The notes below the pieces were generated by a model. The model saw nothing but the letters and a program-made list of their open reading frames with translations. It made no database searches and had not been told where the DNA came from. This document shows positions 19,362 to 29,033 of a stretch of 64,000 nt of DNA, in pieces. The stretch's first letter is position 1. Each line of letters begins with the position of its first letter. The position numbers and the translations under genes were made by a program. Origin of the DNA: an uncultured Methanosarcinales archaeon (GTDB lineage Archaea > Nanobdellota > Nanobdellia > Woesearchaeales > GW2011-AR9); contig CAZCGN010000001.1 of NCBI GenBank assembly GCA_964498285.1, positions 100,150 through 164,149 of the forward strand, in the 5' to 3' direction.

Positions 19362-20048
19362 TCATTGTTCCAAAAATCTTGGTTCTCGTGCTATTTCGTC
19401 AATTAAATCACCATAACTAGCTATTTTTACTAGTGAAATATCTTCCTTAAGCAATTTTTTGTCTAAGCCATATTTCCCATTTACGTGGTTTTCGCCAACA
19501 ATTAACAAAGAGTTATTAACACGTTCTGAAAAACCAAGAATTACTTCAACCCATCTACTTTCTCTGTATAATTGAGCACCGTGAGTAGGTACTCCATATT
19601 TATCCATATGAATTTTAACTCCTCGATCTAAATAAACTACTTCGATACCCTTTCTGGTGGCATACATCCCTTGTGGTTGATTTATACCCTCAAGAAATAA
19701 TAAATCAAATTCACCTTTGTCAATTTCACCCAACTGGTGATTCCATATTCTACGACAGGCCTCTAAATCTTTTAGAATACTTTTGGTTTGATCTACTCTC
19801 CAATCTGGTCTTTTTCCATACTTCCTCTTTTCTTCATCCCTAATCCTTTGTAGTATCTCATCACCAATAGATCTCCAAAAATCTTCTTCTCTAACACAGT
19901 CTGGCCTTTCTTCAACAGCACGCACGTAAGTTCCATTTACTAGATCTGCTTGAGAGCTAGAATCTAAAAGCATCCCAAAATTCCAGTTGAGAACATTATG
20001 AAATATGTTTTGAGGATGACTATCAGCTATTGCTTTTAATGTTTTCAT
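19362..20048 (-). CDS. hypothetical protein
   Basis: 228-aa ORF. The LLIVGENHV segment is weakly reminiscent of TraB/Tiki-like GxxH motifs, but this is not secure. Confidence 0.35.
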   Translation of the reverse strand: MKTLKAIADSHPQNIFHNVLNWNFGMLLDSSSQADLVNGTYVRAVEERPDCVREEDFWRSIGDEILQRIRDEEKRKYGKRPDWRVDQTKSILKDLEACRRIWNHQLGEIDKGEFDLLFLEGINQPQGMYATRKGIEVVYLDRGVKIHMDKYGVPTHGAQLYRESRWVEVILGFSERVNNSLLIVGENHVNGKYGLDKKLLKEDISLVKIASYGDLIDEIAREPRFLEQ

Positions 20049-20288
20049 TTTATTGTGTATGTAAAATAATCCGTTTATAAATCTTTCTTCACTCCTCAGT
20101 GAAAACTATGGGCGATTGACGATTGAGAACTTAAGCCCTTAAGTGTTCTTTCTGGCCCTTGACCAATATAACAACATTCGCTTTATTTGTAACGGAAAAA
20201 CTTGAGAAACTACGTCTCTCACTCCCGCATAAAGTCGGGAAAGATAACATTCTTTATACCAAGTTTTCCAAAACATCCCACAAAAAAC

Positions 20289-20297
20289 ACAGGATTT
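20289..20297 (+). promoter_or_regulatory. TATA-like box (TTTATATAT) upstream of the arsR-copA operon
   Basis: AT-rich box 10-30 nt upstream of the candidate arsR starts. Consistent with a leaderless or near-leaderless archaeal transcript. Confidence 0.25.
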
Positions 20298-20306
20298 ATA
20301 TATCAT

Positions 20307-20633
20307 ATGATATTTCCGTCATTTATGGAACATTCAATCGAAACATACAAGTTCTTTTTTGGAGCTTTAGCTAATCCCAATCGACTCGAGATAATCAACG
20401 TATTGCGGGCAGGCAAAAAGAACGTGGGCGAAATCTGCAATGCAACGAACTTTGAACAAACTATGGTCTCACATAACCTTAAAGTCCTAGAGCACCATGG
20501 AATGGTGTTCTCAGAAAAACAAGGCAAATTTAGGTATTACACTGTGAACTCAAAAACTATCAAACCACTTTTAGGGTTCATTGATGACCATATGAAAGAA
20601 TACTGTTGCAAAATCCTGGAGAAGAAACGATGA
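20307..20633 (+). CDS. ArsR/SmtB-family metal-responsive transcriptional regulator
   Basis: ALANPNRLEIINVLRAGKKNVGEICNATNFEQTMVSHNLKVLEHHGMV is an ArsR-type wHTH. Its stop overlaps the copA start (ATGA). Confidence 0.7.
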   Translation: MIFPSFMEHSIETYKFFFGALANPNRLEIINVLRAGKKNVGEICNATNFEQTMVSHNLKVLEHHGMVFSEKQGKFRYYTVNSKTIKPLLGFIDDHMKEYCCKILEKKR

Positions 20634-22810
20634 AAACAACATTAAATATTCAAGGAATGCATTGTGCGAGTTGTAGTACTATCATAACACGCACACTCAA
20701 AAAAGTTGAGGGTGTTAAAGAAGCTACCGTTAATTCTTCTACCGAGAAGGCCGACATTGAGTTCGATACTAAAAAAGTTGATGAAGCTACACTTATCAAC
20801 GCTATCAAAAGTAAAGGATATGGTGCCTACCCCAGTAAAGGTGTGAGCTATAAAGATCAAAAGAAGAAAAAAGAACAAGAGTTACGAAAACTCAAACAAA
20901 AAGTTATCATAAGTTCCATTCTCGCATTCCCAGCACTAATCCTTGGAATGTTTTTTATGAAGAATCCAATTCCGTTCCAAAATTACATCTTATGGATTCT
21001 TGCAACACCAATTCAATTCTACATCGGTGCAACATTCTATAAAGGAGCCTGGGGGGCGCTCAAAAATAAAACTGCAAATATGGATACCCTTATTGCCCTG
21101 GGTACGAGTGCAGCGTATTTTTATTCAGTATATATTGTGCTCTTCACGCACGAAATGCATCAATATTTTGAAACATCTGCTGTTCTGATTACATTAGTCC
21201 TCCTTGGAAAATACTTAGAAGCTGTTGCAAAAGGGAAAACAAGCCAAGCCATTTCAAAACTGATGAAGATTGGTGCAAAAACTGCAATTGTTATTCGAAA
21301 AGGTAAAGAGATCAAAGTAAAAATTGATGACGTGATTAAAGGAGATCTAATCTTAGTAAAACCTGGCGCGAAAATTCCGGTTGATGGAGTAATTGTTAAG
21401 GGCCACTCAACCATAAATGAGAGTATGGTAACTGGTGAGAGTATTCCAGTTGAGAAAAAGAAGGGAGATAATGTTATTGGCTCAACCATCAATAAACTAG
21501 GAAGCTTTACAATGAAAGCTACAAAGGTTGGCTCTGAAACCACCCTTGCACGTATCATTAAACTCATTGAAGAAGCGCAAACTAAAAAAGCGCCAATTCA
21601 AAGGTTTGCAGACACCATCTCCTCATTTTTTGTGCCAATAGTAATACTTATTGCGCTTACAACTTTAATGGTGTGGTTTTCTTTAGTGCATGCTGATTTT
21701 AGTTTTGCATTGCTTGCAGCGGTTGCTGTCCTTGTGATTGCATGCCCATGCGCTTTAGGCTTAGCTACACCAACAGCAATTATGGTAGGAACCGGTCTTG
21801 GGGCGCAACGCGGCATCCTAATTAAAGGAGGGGACGCTCTTGAAACAGCACATAAGCTTAAATTTGTTCTATTTGACAAGACTGGAACTATCACTAAAGG
21901 TGAACCTGAAGTTACCGATATTATAACAGCATCTGGTGTGAAAGAACAGAATGTGCTTTCCATTGCTGCAAGTATTGAAGCAGCTTCAGAACACCCCTTG
22001 GCTGAAGCAATTGTGAACCACGGAAAAGAAAAGAGGGCCAAGATACGAAAGGTGCGCGGATTTAAAGCAATTGCAGGGCACGGCGTTAAAGCAAAAATCG
22101 GAACAGAGCAGTATTTTATTGGAAGTCCAAAATTAATGGTCAAGCAAAAAATCTCGCTTAAAGCTATTCACAAAGAGATTGCTCGACTTGAAAATGAAGC
22201 AAAAACCGCTATGGTTGTTGCAACATCCAGAAAAGTTATGGGCATTATCGCTGTTGCTGATGAGATTAAACCAGATTCACCAAAAGCAATTGAGCAGCTT
22301 AAAAGAATGGACATTATTCCTATTATGATTACTGGGGACAATACCCGTACAGCAATCGCCATTGCAAAAAAGGTAGGATTAGAAAAATTCTTTGCAGAAG
22401 TTCTGCCTGAAGATAAAGCAGGCCACGTTAAAAAATTGCAGCGTAAAGGAAAGGTTGCAATGGTTGGAGATGGAATAAATGATGCACCAGCACTCGCGCA
22501 AGCAGACATAGGAATTGCAATGGGTTCAGGAACTGATGTTGCAATGGAGAGTGGAAACATTGTTCTTATGCAAAATAATTTGCTTGATGTACCGAAATCA
22601 ATCCATTTAAGTAGGCTTACTATGGCTAAAATCAAGCAGAACATGTTCTGGGCTCTCTTTTATAACATCTTAGGAATACCGGTTGCTGCAGGCGTGTTCT
22701 ATGTGTGGACCGGTTGGCTCTTAAACCCAATGATTGCAGGGGGGGCCATGGCCTTAAGTTCAGTAAGTGTTGTTACAAACGCGCTTCTGCTTAAAAGAAA
22801 GAGGCTCTGA
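20630..22810 (+). CDS. copA: copper-translocating P1B-type ATPase
   Basis: N-terminal HMA domain GMHCASCS, membrane CPC motif, DKTGT phosphorylation site, and GDGINDAPAL. Confidence 0.9.
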   Translation: MKTTLNIQGMHCASCSTIITRTLKKVEGVKEATVNSSTEKADIEFDTKKVDEATLINAIKSKGYGAYPSKGVSYKDQKKKKEQELRKLKQKVIISSILAFPALILGMFFMKNPIPFQNYILWILATPIQFYIGATFYKGAWGALKNKTANMDTLIALGTSAAYFYSVYIVLFTHEMHQYFETSAVLITLVLLGKYLEAVAKGKTSQAISKLMKIGAKTAIVIRKGKEIKVKIDDVIKGDLILVKPGAKIPVDGVIVKGHSTINESMVTGESIPVEKKKGDNVIGSTINKLGSFTMKATKVGSETTLARIIKLIEEAQTKKAPIQRFADTISSFFVPIVILIALTTLMVWFSLVHADFSFALLAAVAVLVIACPCALGLATPTAIMVGTGLGAQRGILIKGGDALETAHKLKFVLFDKTGTITKGEPEVTDIITASGVKEQNVLSIAASIEAASEHPLAEAIVNHGKEKRAKIRKVRGFKAIAGHGVKAKIGTEQYFIGSPKLMVKQKISLKAIHKEIARLENEAKTAMVVATSRKVMGIIAVADEIKPDSPKAIEQLKRMDIIPIMITGDNTRTAIAIAKKVGLEKFFAEVLPEDKAGHVKKLQRKGKVAMVGDGINDAPALAQADIGIAMGSGTDVAMESGNIVLMQNNLLDVPKSIHLSRLTMAKIKQNMFWALFYNILGIPVAAGVFYVWTGWLLNPMIAGGAMALSSVSVVTNALLLKRKRL

Positions 22811-22868
22811 AACTAGTTTCACGCAAGTTTATTAAGGTGTTTCATGCAAAACAAGAAACAAAACGTCG

Positions 22869-24275
22869 GTGAGGGTGACTAAAATCATGAAAATAATCAA
22901 AGTAAAAGTTCAAGGAATGACTTGTGCTAGTTGTGAAGTTCTTCTTGAACGTGGAATGAAAAAAGTAGAAGGAGTACAGAACGTTCAAGTAAGTCGCTCT
23001 AAAGAAAAAGCAACAATTCATTGTGCAGAACATATTCAATTAGAAGATCTTCAAGCAGCTGTAGCAGATAAGGGCTACAGACTTATGCCATTTGATACTA
23101 TTGAAACACCAGTACGGCCCCCTTTCATTGTAAAAAACAAAAAGCGGTATAAAGAAATTGGCTCAGCACTCGCAGTCCTGATTGGAGCATACTTCCTCTT
23201 AAAAACATTTAACTTAATTCCTGAAGGTATTGGAATTACTGACAATATGAGTTATGGGTTTGTGTTTGTCATTGGTTTAGTTGCGGCAACATCAACCTGC
23301 CTTGCTGTTGCAGGAGGTCTGCTTTTAGCCATTGCAAATAAATATAGTGAAGCTAATCCAAATCTTACTGGACGGGAAAAATTCAAACCACATATCTGGT
23401 TTAATATTGGAAGAGTTGCTTCATACACCCTTCTTGGTGCTGCAATTGGCGCGTTAGGTGCGGTTCTTACACTTTCCTCAAAGGTTTCTGGTGCGATTAC
23501 CATTGCTGCAAGTGTACTTATGATTCTTATGGGCCTACAGTTGTTACAAATCTTTCCATGGCTCAACAAAGTGCAGCTTAAAATGCCGAAGTTCATTGCG
23601 CATAGAATCTATGAAGCTTCAGACGTTGAAGAAAACTCAGCAGGCGGTTTTTCAGAAACCAGTAAAACAACATCTTTTTTGTTCGGAGCTTCTACCTTCT
23701 TTTTACCTTGTGGCTTTACCCAAGCCCTCCAACTATATGTTCTTGGAGCAGGCAGTGCCATGGTAGGAGGGCTTACAATGCTTGCATTTTCTTTAGGAAC
23801 ACTACCTGCATTAGTTGGTATTGGCGCGTTCTCGTCACTTGCAAAAGGAAAAATGAAACACAGATTTATGACATTTTCAGCAATTCTCGTTATTGTATTG
23901 GGGATTTTTAACCTTCCTGCAGGATTAACTTTAGTTGGAGCTAATGTTGTTCTTGGAGGTGGAGTTGATGTTGTAGCACCTGCAGAAATTGAATTGGTTG
24001 ATGGCACACAGATCATTGATTTGGAGGTGCGAGGCCTTGATTATTATCCCTCTTCATTTGTTCTTAAAAAAGGTGTTCCTGTTCAATGGAACATTGATGG
24101 AACTAAAGCAGTTGGGTGCGCGCAGCTGTTTAGTGTTCCAGATTTAGGGATAAACGAACGCCTTTCTCGTAGTGAAATAAAGACTCTTACATTTACCCCA
24201 CAAAAGACAGGAAAAATCTTGTTTAGTTGTTCTATGGGAATGGCAGGCCCAGGAGTTTTGGAGGTAGTCGCATGA
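22869..24275 (+). CDS. three-part fusion: HMA metal-binding domain + polytopic Cys-containing membrane domain + C-terminal cupredoxin-like domain
   Basis: N-terminal GMTCASCE (HMA). About six TM helices with conserved Cys (ATSTCLAV, FLPCGF). The C-terminal beta domain ends in KTGKILFSCSMGMAGPGVLEV, a cupredoxin_1-like Cys/Met copper-site pattern. Confidence 0.6.
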   Translation: MRVTKIMKIIKVKVQGMTCASCEVLLERGMKKVEGVQNVQVSRSKEKATIHCAEHIQLEDLQAAVADKGYRLMPFDTIETPVRPPFIVKNKKRYKEIGSALAVLIGAYFLLKTFNLIPEGIGITDNMSYGFVFVIGLVAATSTCLAVAGGLLLAIANKYSEANPNLTGREKFKPHIWFNIGRVASYTLLGAAIGALGAVLTLSSKVSGAITIAASVLMILMGLQLLQIFPWLNKVQLKMPKFIAHRIYEASDVEENSAGGFSETSKTTSFLFGASTFFLPCGFTQALQLYVLGAGSAMVGGLTMLAFSLGTLPALVGIGAFSSLAKGKMKHRFMTFSAILVIVLGIFNLPAGLTLVGANVVLGGGVDVVAPAEIELVDGTQIIDLEVRGLDYYPSSFVLKKGVPVQWNIDGTKAVGCAQLFSVPDLGINERLSRSEIKTLTFTPQKTGKILFSCSMGMAGPGVLEVVA

Positions 24276-24478
24276 AAACAGTATTGAAAGTGAGCGGGTT
24301 TCATTGTCCATCATGCAAGATGCTTATTGAAGATGTGTGCTCAGATTTTAGCCAGATCACATTATGCAACGTTGATGTAAAAGCAGGAAAAGTTGTAATT
24401 GAACATAAGGAGAGTTTAGATCTTGCAAAATTGAAAAATGAGATTGAAAGTCTTGGTGAGTACAAGGTGAAACTATGA
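24272..24478 (+). CDS. copZ: CopZ-like heavy-metal-associated copper chaperone
   Basis: MKTVLKVSGFHCPSCK is an HMA fold with a CxxC. Length 68 aa. Confidence 0.7.
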   Translation: MKTVLKVSGFHCPSCKMLIEDVCSDFSQITLCNVDVKAGKVVIEHKESLDLAKLKNEIESLGEYKVKL

Positions 24479-24624
24479 TGTACGGATACCCCATGATGGG
24501 TCCATACGGTTTTTTGTGGATGAGTCTTTTTTGGCTTATAAACATAGCACTTGCAGCATTTATCTTTGGAATCATTTTTTGGTGGACGAGAAATCTAGTC
24601 GGAAATAATAAAAAGAGGAGATGA
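24475..24624 (+). CDS. 49-aa Met/Tyr-rich single-pass membrane micro-protein
   Basis: MMYGYPMMGPYGFLWMSLFWLINIALAAFIFGIIFWWTRNLVGNNKKRR. Its ATG overlaps the copZ stop. It is not in the ORF track because it is under 60 aa. Confidence 0.4.
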   Translation: MMYGYPMMGPYGFLWMSLFWLINIALAAFIFGIIFWWTRNLVGNNKKRR

Positions 24625-24637
24625 GTTCTGCTTAACT

Positions 24638-25126
24638 ATGTTTGATCAAAAAAGAATAGGTTGGGGGCTTGCTTTGCTAGGTATTGTCTTATTGCTTCTC
24701 CTTGTTGTCATAAAAACACAAGTTGATGAACAATCTGCGTTTTTGTGTCAAGTAGTAAGTGAAGACCCAACTCTTTCCATGGATAGTTGTCCTGCGCATC
24801 AAAACAATACTTCATGGGTAATTTTGTTGGGATTTGCACTTTCATTTTTAGTGCTCGTAAGTGGCCTATTTGTTGCCCTTTCAAGCAAAAAAAATGAAGA
24901 AAAAAAGAAAGAGCAAAAAGAAATCAATTTGGATGACCTTGACTCTGAAGAAAAAAGAATAATCTTGCTACTTAAAGAAAAGCAAGGTTCAGCATATCAA
25001 AGTGAGCTCATTAAGGAAACAGAATTTTCTAAAGTAAAAATGACTCGACTTTTAGATAAGCTTGAAGGCAGAGGTCTTGTACACCGTAAAAGGCGTGGAA
25101 TGACAAATATCGTTCTTTTAAAGTGA
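24638..25126 (+). CDS. membrane-anchored winged-helix transcriptional regulator (two TM helices, Cys/His-containing loop, C-terminal MarR/PadR-like wHTH)
   Basis: TM1 GWGLALLGIVLLLLLVVI, loop FLCQVVSEDPTLSMDSCPAHQNNT, TM2, and a C-terminal wHTH (SAYQSELIKETEFSKVKMTRLLDKLEGRGLVHRKRRG). Confidence 0.5.
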   Translation: MFDQKRIGWGLALLGIVLLLLLVVIKTQVDEQSAFLCQVVSEDPTLSMDSCPAHQNNTSWVILLGFALSFLVLVSGLFVALSSKKNEEKKKEQKEINLDDLDSEEKRIILLLKEKQGSAYQSELIKETEFSKVKMTRLLDKLEGRGLVHRKRRGMTNIVLLK

Positions 25127-25744
25127 TTTTATCCCAATTATCATTTCATGATAGGTACTTAGCTCTTGTGGTGCACCTATAAATTCTAACTTTTGTGCTC
25201 TAAACCCACTATCACTAATGATAATTCCACCTGTAGCTAAATTGTTAACAATTTCTGTTTCATAAAAAGGTGATTGATCTTTCATTATACGAAAGGCTTT
25301 CTCGAAGTAGATGTCATAGTTTGTGAACTCATGCATACTTGTAAAAATGTCTTGTTCAAAGAATGTGACTTCCACAAGAATCTCTTTCCAATAAAACTTA
25401 ATGGTATTTTTTTCTCTTGAAAAAGAAATACCAACCTCGTGGAGCTGAGTTTCAATAATTTGTTGAACAGAAGATGTATCTACAAAAAGAAATGTCCAGT
25501 TTTGAGTAGATGAAAATAGCTTCTCAATATAATGCAAGGGCGTAAAAATATCTGTACCACTCCCAGGATACAGCAAAATGGCTTCTTTTTTAGTGAAAGA
25601 CACCGTAAGCGAGTTGAGTAATGCTAAACGATCAAACTCATCTGCAAAAAAATATGTGCGTAGCTTTTGAATATCTATTGTTTGATCTTTACTAAGTCCC
25701 TTTGGCTCAACTTCTTGTGAAGTGAATACGATAAAATCAGACAT
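25118..25744 (-). CDS. hypothetical protein, possibly Rossmann/methyltransferase-like
   Basis: 208 aa. ILLYPGSGTDIF resembles a SAM-MTase motif I. The support is weak. Confidence 0.35.
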   Translation of the reverse strand: MSDFIVFTSQEVEPKGLSKDQTIDIQKLRTYFFADEFDRLALLNSLTVSFTKKEAILLYPGSGTDIFTPLHYIEKLFSSTQNWTFLFVDTSSVQQIIETQLHEVGISFSREKNTIKFYWKEILVEVTFFEQDIFTSMHEFTNYDIYFEKAFRIMKDQSPFYETEIVNNLATGGIIISDSGFRAQKLEFIGAPQELSTYHEMIIGIKSL

Positions 25745-25776
25745 GCATTACCTGAGAAGAAAATTTAATTTAAAGA

Positions 25777-26511
25777 TTATGGTGCACCAGAAGAGCTTGC
25801 CCATATTGTACTAAAATAAGCCCTATACCGCTCGGCATTTTCTTTTGAAGTAATCACAAAAGCAGATGGTTTTTTACCCCATACGACAGTCATAACATTA
25901 TGACCATAGATAAATATCCCTGTAGGTAACTTAAGTCTAGTATATCTTGTGTTCAATCCAGCCTCTTTATAGTTTTTTGCAAATATCTTTTTTAGTTTCT
26001 TTGGCGCAACGAGTCTAGCTTTAATTCTTCTTTCTCTTCTTTTTGCATGAAAATTAAGAAAGAAGAATCTTAGCTCTTCTGTACCTAACTCTTCACCCAA
26101 AGTAAAAACATCATATTTCCCCCCTACTGGAACGGTTTTGAGGATTGTCCCGATAGCTGTTTTAAAACCTTTAACTCCCTCATATACCGTTGCCTTTTGC
26201 ACATTCTCTGCAGTTGTCTGCTTTGCTTTAAGCTCCGGAATAACTTCACTAATTCTTCTTTTTCTCTCGTCAAGAAATTCAAGTAACATCTCTGGATCTG
26301 ATGCTTGAAAATGTTTTACATTAGAGATTATGATATAACTTGCCAGGCCCTTGTTAATGAGTTTTTCTAACACCTCATAGATTTTACAATTAGGAATCCC
26401 TGACTTTTTAACAATTGGGCCCGTTGAACTAGATCCTAACTCCAATAAAGTTATGTATACTTTTATTTCTCTTTGAGTAAGTCCAGCATCCAAAAGCAAT
26501 TGAGTGTCCAC
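25777..26511 (-). CDS. TrmB-family transcriptional regulator
   Basis: N-terminal wHTH (LTQREIKVYITLLELGSSSTGPIVKKSGIPNCKIYEVLEKLINKGLA) plus a C-terminal effector domain. Confidence 0.6.
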   Translation of the reverse strand: MDTQLLLDAGLTQREIKVYITLLELGSSSTGPIVKKSGIPNCKIYEVLEKLINKGLASYIIISNVKHFQASDPEMLLEFLDERKRRISEVIPELKAKQTTAENVQKATVYEGVKGFKTAIGTILKTVPVGGKYDVFTLGEELGTEELRFFFLNFHAKRRERRIKARLVAPKKLKKIFAKNYKEAGLNTRYTRLKLPTGIFIYGHNVMTVVWGKKPSAFVITSKENAERYRAYFSTIWASSSGAP

Positions 26512-26580
26512 GAATATTCCAAAAATCGGTCAGTTATTAAGCTTTTCTGTTACTACCCCCAAAGGTGGTAAATTTAACTT

Positions 26581-27300
26581 TTGTACTCAGTGCCAAAAAC
26601 AACATTTATGTCTCTAAGCTCTTGGCAAAGATCGTTAGTAGAAAGGCAACTAGATGAACACAAACATCAAAGATATACTACAGATATCAAGCTAACTGAA
26701 GGACATTTGTTGGAAGATTTTATTGTTTGTCCAAATGTCTTACGCCCAAAAAAGGTTACATCCCTCCATCTCGCCAGATGGCTGTATTTTAATAATGGAC
26801 TTTACTCTAATAAACTGGTGTATGATATTGGTTCAGGTTCTGGTCTGCAAGCAATTGTTATGGCAAAGTACGGAGCTATGCATGTTGTTTGCACCGATAT
26901 TAGTTTAGATGCTGTAACAAACACTCAAGAGAATATAGATCATTTCGAAGTTCGTGCAAGCGTTCTTCAGGGAGATTTATTTGCAAGTCTTGAATTTCCC
27001 GCTAACCTTATTGTGTTCAATCATCCTTTTTTCCCAGGTGATCCAATACCTGAAATTCCCGTATCGCGAGCAATGTTAGATAATGGAAGATTGATAAACC
27101 GTTTTCTTGAAGAAGCAAAAAATTACATCAGACCAGAAGGTAGCATTATCATGCCATATTACGAGCTTGCAGGACATACAAACCACCCTTACCTCTCTGG
27201 CCAGGAACATGGATATCGTGTTGAACAGAAATTTTTTATGCAGTCAATCTCTGGCTTTCATAGAGGGGAGATATCAGTTTATCAGCTCTCACTTCCTTAA
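26581..27300 (+). CDS. class I SAM-dependent methyltransferase (HemK/Mtq2-like; NPPF/Y-type)
   Basis: Motif I VYDIGSGSGLQAIV, DIS, and the NPPY-like LIVFNHPFF. Confidence 0.6.
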   Translation: MYSVPKTTFMSLSSWQRSLVERQLDEHKHQRYTTDIKLTEGHLLEDFIVCPNVLRPKKVTSLHLARWLYFNNGLYSNKLVYDIGSGSGLQAIVMAKYGAMHVVCTDISLDAVTNTQENIDHFEVRASVLQGDLFASLEFPANLIVFNHPFFPGDPIPEIPVSRAMLDNGRLINRFLEEAKNYIRPEGSIIMPYYELAGHTNHPYLSGQEHGYRVEQKFFMQSISGFHRGEISVYQLSLP

Positions 27301-27307
27301 GGAAGAA

Positions 27308-27607
27308 CTATGACAACAAATCATCCGTCGTTATCTCGCTCTGCATCAAATATTGCTTTTTTCCACAATATGGGCATGCTAAACGTTTGGATTTAAACTT
27401 AAATTTGCAGGAGCTACAAAAAAGATCTACTTTCTCATTAAGCTGGATTGGTTCTTGATTTCTAGGCGGTGAAAGCGTCTTTCGCTTAAAACAGTTAAAA
27501 CACTCATACCGAGGGTTCTTATCAAACGCAGAAAGAACTCGTGCTTCAGCTTTTAGGACCGTCTCATAACACACAGAACAGTTTACTCTTTGTGGGATTA
27601 CAGCCAT
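27308..27607 (-). CDS. double zinc-ribbon protein (paralog A)
   Basis: CSVCYETV...CFNCF and CSSCKFKFKSKRLACPYCGKKQY. Length 99 aa. Confidence 0.5.
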   Translation of the reverse strand: MAVIPQRVNCSVCYETVLKAEARVLSAFDKNPRYECFNCFKRKTLSPPRNQEPIQLNEKVDLFCSSCKFKFKSKRLACPYCGKKQYLMQSEITTDDLLS

Positions 27608-27712
27608 TGGTTTTTAGAAAGCCCGCGAATTTAAAAATCTATGTTACCCCTTGAATTCGATAAAGGATACAGGGGCTTATATTTATAAAGTCAAAGTCTC
27701 TTTACTCAAATC

Positions 27713-28999
27713 ATGCCAACCAAACTTGAAAAGGATGTACTTGCAAAAATCACACCTAAACAAAGCGAGAAAGATACGCTTACTAAGGCAACTCACAAAT
27801 GTATTAGGAGTCTTACAAAAGAGCTTCGTACGCACCCGATTTCTATTGCTGTTGGTGGGTCTCTAGCTAAAGATACTAACCTTACAGGAAACAATGAAGT
27901 GGACCTATTTGTAGCTTTTGACTATTCTAGTAATCTTGCTAAAGCTGCTAAAATCTCAGAGTATCTGAAAAAAGCAGTTCACGCTTCATTTGGTAAAGAG
28001 AACTACGAAACACTGCATGGAAGTAGAGATTATTATCAGGTAAAAATCAAAGGAATTCTTTTTGAGATGATTCCAATCATTAAGATTGAAGAAGCAAAAA
28101 AAGCACTCAACATAACAGATATCTCTCCACTTCATGCTAAGTGGATTAATGAACATGCCCAAATTATTAAGGATGACATCCGGCTTACAAAACAGTTCGC
28201 AAAATCTGCCAAAACATATGGGGCAGAATCATACTTAGCAGGATTTTCAGGATACATGCTTGAAATTTTAGTAACACACTATGGTTCATTTGAAGATTTA
28301 CTGAAAGCTGCAGCTAAATGGAAAAAGCAAGTAGTAGTTGATGCTCAAAAATTCTATACAAAACGAGAAGTGTTCTACAATATTAACAAATCAAAGCTAC
28401 AATCGCCTATCATCATGGTTGATCCCGTAGATAAGCGCAGGAACGCTGCAGCTGCCTTAGGTGAAGAAAAGTTCAAACTGTTTAGTAAAGCTGCACGAGC
28501 ATATTTGAAAAGACCTTCGGCCTCATTTTTTGAAATTGAGAAAATCGACCTAAAAACATTAGCAAAAAAAGCTAAAGCAAAAAAGTGCTCATTAGTAAGT
28601 TTACAAATCGAACCTCTTGAAGGTAAACGTGATGTTATTGGTGCAAAACTCCTTAAAGTCTTTAGCTATCTTCGCACAAAGTTAGAGGGATATGGGATTG
28701 CACAAGCTGATTGGGAATGGGAGCAAGGCGAAGATGCTACTATGTTCTTTACGCTTAAGAAAAAAATAAGACCACTTACTATGATCAAGCAAGGACCACC
28801 TGTGAAACTACAGGATCATGCTACACAGTTTCGTAAAAGAAACAAAGTTGTTGTAGAAAAAGGTGGCAAACTTTATGCCAAAGTTACAACGCTTCGACCA
28901 GAGCTTGAAGATTTCCTTCAACATATTCTTGAAACTACATATCTCAAAGAGAAGATTGCAGAACTTACCTCTTGCACAGTTATCCTCTCGAAAAACTAA
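27713..28999 (+). CDS. cca: CCA-adding tRNA nucleotidyltransferase (archaeal class I)
   Basis: GGSLAKDTNLTGNNEVDLFVAF is the Pol-beta NTase motif. The remaining archaeal CCA architecture is present. Length 428 aa. Confidence 0.8.
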   Translation: MPTKLEKDVLAKITPKQSEKDTLTKATHKCIRSLTKELRTHPISIAVGGSLAKDTNLTGNNEVDLFVAFDYSSNLAKAAKISEYLKKAVHASFGKENYETLHGSRDYYQVKIKGILFEMIPIIKIEEAKKALNITDISPLHAKWINEHAQIIKDDIRLTKQFAKSAKTYGAESYLAGFSGYMLEILVTHYGSFEDLLKAAAKWKKQVVVDAQKFYTKREVFYNINKSKLQSPIIMVDPVDKRRNAAAALGEEKFKLFSKAARAYLKRPSASFFEIEKIDLKTLAKKAKAKKCSLVSLQIEPLEGKRDVIGAKLLKVFSYLRTKLEGYGIAQADWEWEQGEDATMFFTLKKKIRPLTMIKQGPPVKLQDHATQFRKRNKVVVEKGGKLYAKVTTLRPELEDFLQHILETTYLKEKIAELTSCTVILSKN

Positions 29000-29033
29000 A
29001 ACTATAAAAAGAAGCAAACGATTTTTCTTATCT

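Noticed and set aside
21160-22644. Three minus-strand ORFs (135-181 aa) within copA and several within the 22869-24275 gene
   Set aside because: They lie entirely inside strongly supported metal-ATPase and fusion-protein frames. No independent motifs.
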